Source of the DNA: Raphidiopsis brookii D9
GTDB taxonomy: Bacteria; Cyanobacteriota; Cyanobacteriia; Cyanobacteriales; Nostocaceae
Reading direction: 5' to 3'
Length of the DNA: 32,000 nucleotides
NCBI GenBank assembly: GCA_000175855.1
Contig: ACYB01000027.1
Span: 870 to 32,869, forward strand
In this document: piece by piece, positions 29,066 to 32,000 of the stretch
Layout: the number at the start of each line of letters is the position of its first letter
Position numbering within the stretch: the first letter of the stretch is position 1
Position numbers and translations under genes: made by a program
The notes under the pieces: generated by a model
What the model saw: only the letters and a program-made list of their open reading frames with translations
Told to the model about the DNA's origin: nothing
Databases searched by the model: none

Positions 29066-29983
29066 ATGGATCAATCAATTAGGTTAAATAGGGCTGTTAA
29101 GCTCATAGTGATTTGTGGTGCAACAGCAACGGGGAAATCCGGACTGGGGGTGAGTTTAGCACAAAGACTTGGTTGTGTCATTCTAGGTGCTGATTCCCGT
29201 CAGGTGTACCGCGAATTTAATATTGGAACAGCCAAGCCAACGGAGGAAGAACGGGGATTAGTACCCCATTATCTCATAGATATATGTGAACCAACGGAAA
29301 CCTTGACAGTAGCAGATTATCAAGAACAAGCCCAACGGTTAATTGATAATTTGCCAGTTTCACCAATATTTTTAGTTGGTGGTACAGGTTTATATATTCG
29401 GGCTATTGTCCAGGGCATGAAAATTCCCAGGGTATCTCCACATCCCCAATTGCGCTCCCAACTAGAATCCTTGGGTCAACATCAACTTTATCAGATATTG
29501 CAACAGGTTGATGCAGTTGCTGCCAGAAAAATTCACTCCCATGATTTGGTTAGGACTTTAAGGGCGTTAGAGGTGTATTATGTCACAGGTTCTCCCATAT
29601 CTGAACAGCAGGGAGAGAGACCACCGACCTACCCAATTTTACAACTTTATTTGGATTGTGAACCAGATGTTTTGGATTTGAGAATTTATGGGAGGACAAA
29701 GGAAATGATTAAAGATGGTTTAGTAGAGGAGGTAGAGTATCTATGTCAAAGATATGGTGTGAATTTACCGCTGTTGAATACCTTGGGGTATGCAGAAATT
29801 AAGCAATATTTAGCTGGGGAGATTAGTTTAGAAGCGGCAATAGATTTAATTGCTTTACACACCAGGCAATTTGCTAAGCGTCAACGAACTTGGTTTAGAC
29901 AGTCTTCCAATTTAGAATATTTTGATGTTAATAGTCCGGACTTATTAAATAGGCTTTGCAAGAGAATAGATCAGTTTATTTAA
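29066..29983 (+). CDS. miaA: tRNA dimethylallyltransferase (tRNA delta2-isopentenylpyrophosphate transferase)
   Basis: 305 aa. P-loop ICGATATGKSGLGVSLA, DSRQVYREFNIGTAKP, VPHYLID, and LVGGTGLYIRAI. Confidence 0.93.
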   Translation: MDQSIRLNRAVKLIVICGATATGKSGLGVSLAQRLGCVILGADSRQVYREFNIGTAKPTEEERGLVPHYLIDICEPTETLTVADYQEQAQRLIDNLPVSPIFLVGGTGLYIRAIVQGMKIPRVSPHPQLRSQLESLGQHQLYQILQQVDAVAARKIHSHDLVRTLRALEVYYVTGSPISEQQGERPPTYPILQLYLDCEPDVLDLRIYGRTKEMIKDGLVEEVEYLCQRYGVNLPLLNTLGYAEIKQYLAGEISLEAAIDLIALHTRQFAKRQRTWFRQSSNLEYFDVNSPDLLNRLCKRIDQFI

Positions 29984-30024
29984 TAAGATGATTGTTGACT
30001 GTTGATTAGTCTTTTCTCCTTCTC

Positions 30025-31830
30025 TTACTTAATCCCATTTGGACTGAAAAAAGCTAGATTGGATTGATTGACTGTTGGCACTAAAACCCCCCTATCTAAA
30101 TACTTATTCCCCCTTTCACAAGATGTTTCAGGACTGAATAAACAAGCATGACAAGCAGCCCAATGCAAAGAAGTCATACCCTGAAATGGTGTGTGTTCTG
30201 CACATAAAGGATCGGATGTACATAATTCCATTTGCTGTAAAGCTTGGCGAATATGATAACTTAACTTCTCAGGAACGCCCAAACTGACTAATCCGCCCAA
30301 AGTTCCTTCACTGTCTGGTGATGCCGTATAAATTAATATACCCGCCATCGGACCTTCTTCTTCTTCTGGACGTTTAGAGTAAATTCTTTCTTTTAAACTA
30401 GCTGCATTATATCCACATTCTACAGACATTTGTCGCATTAGGGCATGAGCAAAAGAGTGTAACAAAATATATCTTACATCGGAAAATTTGACTTTTGTAG
30501 GATCAAGGCTACGCACTTTACACCACTGTTGATGAGCTTCTACGATTTCATTTTGGTAATCTTGCAATGGTTGACTTTTTTCCCATTGATTTAATTTTGC
30601 TTCATTAAATTCTATGAATATACCTTCTCCTTTACATTCAGTTGCTATTACCCATTTTGGCTGATTACGACTTAGTTTTACTTTACATTCCTGGGGGATT
30701 TCACCAAAATCTAGAAATTCTCCCGGTGATTGAATACGTGTAAACCCAATCAATGCACAAACTTCTCGTAATCTTTCAGCCAAGATAATTTGTGCAAAGT
30801 AGTCCCGATAATCTATGGGCAATTCAACTTTTCTTAGGTGGAAATCGGATGTATTTAATCCAGGGTCACATTGACGAATTACTTGCCATTCTGGAGTTTT
30901 TAAGTCTGTGGCTTTATGACTATCGGGAACATCCAATGTTTGACTTTGTATTTGATTTTTCATTGCCGAGATTATTTCCCAGACTTTTTCTGTACTATAT
31001 TTTGATAATTCTTGTAATAGTTCAGGGAAGCTACCTATGGCTCGTAGTAGTTCTAAATTACTTTTTAAACTTATAAGGTCAGTAGCCTTATTTAAAATAT
31101 GCCAGTTTTGCGAAATTATTTGCGATAGTAATTTATCGTAACTTTGCGGGATAGAAAGGGCTGAAAGTGTAATCGAAAACCAGCTATTTGAAGCACCCAA
31201 TAAAATGGTTTTCATTTGTTGGTCACAGACATCATCAAAAGTTCTCAAATGAGGATGACGACCACGACAGCGAGGCATATTTTGTTTAGCCTTTTCACCA
31301 AAAGCATCCGATAGGGGACGCCGTTGATCACATGTGTCACAAATTACAAAAATATCACTGGGAGAGCCAGATATACCATATTCTTCAAATCTCAATTTAC
31401 CCGAACATTGACTATTTGTGCGGTGAACAAAATAATGCCAAGGAAAATCATCTAAATGTCCCCTTTCACAGGAAACTAGAAATCTGACAGGGAAGACATC
31501 GGGTGTTGTTTTACTTTGGTTGCAATTTGGATGAACATATTTAATTTGATCTGGTCGGCGGCCATTTTCTTTCAATTGAAAAAGTCCTGATGATAGTGAT
31601 CCTAAAAGATGGCATTGGGGACAAACCATCCATCCAGGAAAGGGTGCAACGGGAATACCTATTTTATTATTCTCATCAAATGGAGAATAGGGTGTAGATG
31701 TATTATTTTCCTGTGGAATGGGTGGTAAAAGCAGTTTTTCAACCTGGGAACCCAATTCCTGACGAACAGCAGCTAGTAGTCTAGGTTCATTTAATTCAAT
31801 TGTTGTATTGTCTATGTTCCAGAGTCTCAA
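30025..31830 (-). CDS. Zinc-ribbon + DUF1998 domain protein, DISARM DrmB-like; apparently 5'-truncated
   Basis: 601-codon ORF starting at TTG. Cys/His clusters CPQCH...HPNC, SCERGHLDDFPWHYFVH...CSG, CDTCDQ and PRCRGRHPH. C-terminal DUF1998 signature LLHSFAHALMRQMSVECGYNAASLKERIY...GILIYTASPDSEGTLGGLV...CTSDPLCAEH...AACHACLFSPETSCERGNKYLDR. An in-frame TGA lies 7 codons upstream of the TTG. Confidence 0.75.
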   Translation of the reverse strand: MRLWNIDNTTIELNEPRLLAAVRQELGSQVEKLLLPPIPQENNTSTPYSPFDENNKIGIPVAPFPGWMVCPQCHLLGSLSSGLFQLKENGRRPDQIKYVHPNCNQSKTTPDVFPVRFLVSCERGHLDDFPWHYFVHRTNSQCSGKLRFEEYGISGSPSDIFVICDTCDQRRPLSDAFGEKAKQNMPRCRGRHPHLRTFDDVCDQQMKTILLGASNSWFSITLSALSIPQSYDKLLSQIISQNWHILNKATDLISLKSNLELLRAIGSFPELLQELSKYSTEKVWEIISAMKNQIQSQTLDVPDSHKATDLKTPEWQVIRQCDPGLNTSDFHLRKVELPIDYRDYFAQIILAERLREVCALIGFTRIQSPGEFLDFGEIPQECKVKLSRNQPKWVIATECKGEGIFIEFNEAKLNQWEKSQPLQDYQNEIVEAHQQWCKVRSLDPTKVKFSDVRYILLHSFAHALMRQMSVECGYNAASLKERIYSKRPEEEEGPMAGILIYTASPDSEGTLGGLVSLGVPEKLSYHIRQALQQMELCTSDPLCAEHTPFQGMTSLHWAACHACLFSPETSCERGNKYLDRGVLVPTVNQSNLAFFSPNGIK

Positions 31831-32000
31831 GGAGAAAAAGTAAGTCTCTCATTTTTCTTTGTTCTCGCAATTAAAGCGCGAACTCTTTTCTCTTGATCTT
31901 ACCCCTTTTTTTCCTTAACCGAACAGTATTGCTTAGCAACAATATTAACACCTGGTGCTTTTTGTTATCCCTATCGTATGGGAGAAAGGAGAGGTGCATT

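Noticed and set aside
31861-31883. Imperfect inverted repeat GTTCTCGC-AATTAAA-GCGCGAAC just upstream of the DUF1998 ORF, considered as a possible IS or MITE end that caused the truncation.
   Set aside because: The arms are 8 bp with a mismatch. There is no second copy, no target-site duplication and no transposase in the window, so it cannot be separated from chance.

Overview
Chromosomal segment of a cyanobacterium. This is inferred from at least 16 copies of the HIP1 octamer GCGATCGC, from ycf65/PSRP-3, from the atpB-atpE-type beta/epsilon ATP synthase pair and from a group-1 sigma factor. The AT-rich, Nostocales-like gene content is an impression only.

The central ~24 kb (6.3-30 kb) is mostly ordinary housekeeping: GH13 amylase, MFS transporter, SAM methyltransferase, TldD, HAD hydrolase, MurG, PSRP-3, AtpC/AtpD, ExbB/ExbD, SppA, AroH chorismate mutase, HU, CobD, a degenerate flavoprotein, SigA, GyrB and MiaA.

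Both window edges carry defence-type genes.
- Left edge: an intact 1413-aa PLD-nuclease / IPT-TIG / SNF2-helicase fusion. It lies directly downstream of an N6-adenine (Type ISP / DISARM DrmMI-like) methyltransferase whose whole catalytic core has been deleted.
- Right edge: a DrmB-like zinc-ribbon + DUF1998 protein that looks 5'-truncated and has no helicase partner visible in the window.

Other notable points:
- A 153-aa mini-intein with no homing-endonuclease domain splits the EGDSAGG|SAKQGRDR Toprim motif of GyrB.
- Three accessory genes are interrupted by 1-bp frame shifts, mostly at homopolymer runs. This means either gene decay or homopolymer sequencing error.
- Strong perfect hairpins sit in the atpD-atpC and sppA-aroH spacers.

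I recognised no rRNA, tRNA, CRISPR array or intact IS element.
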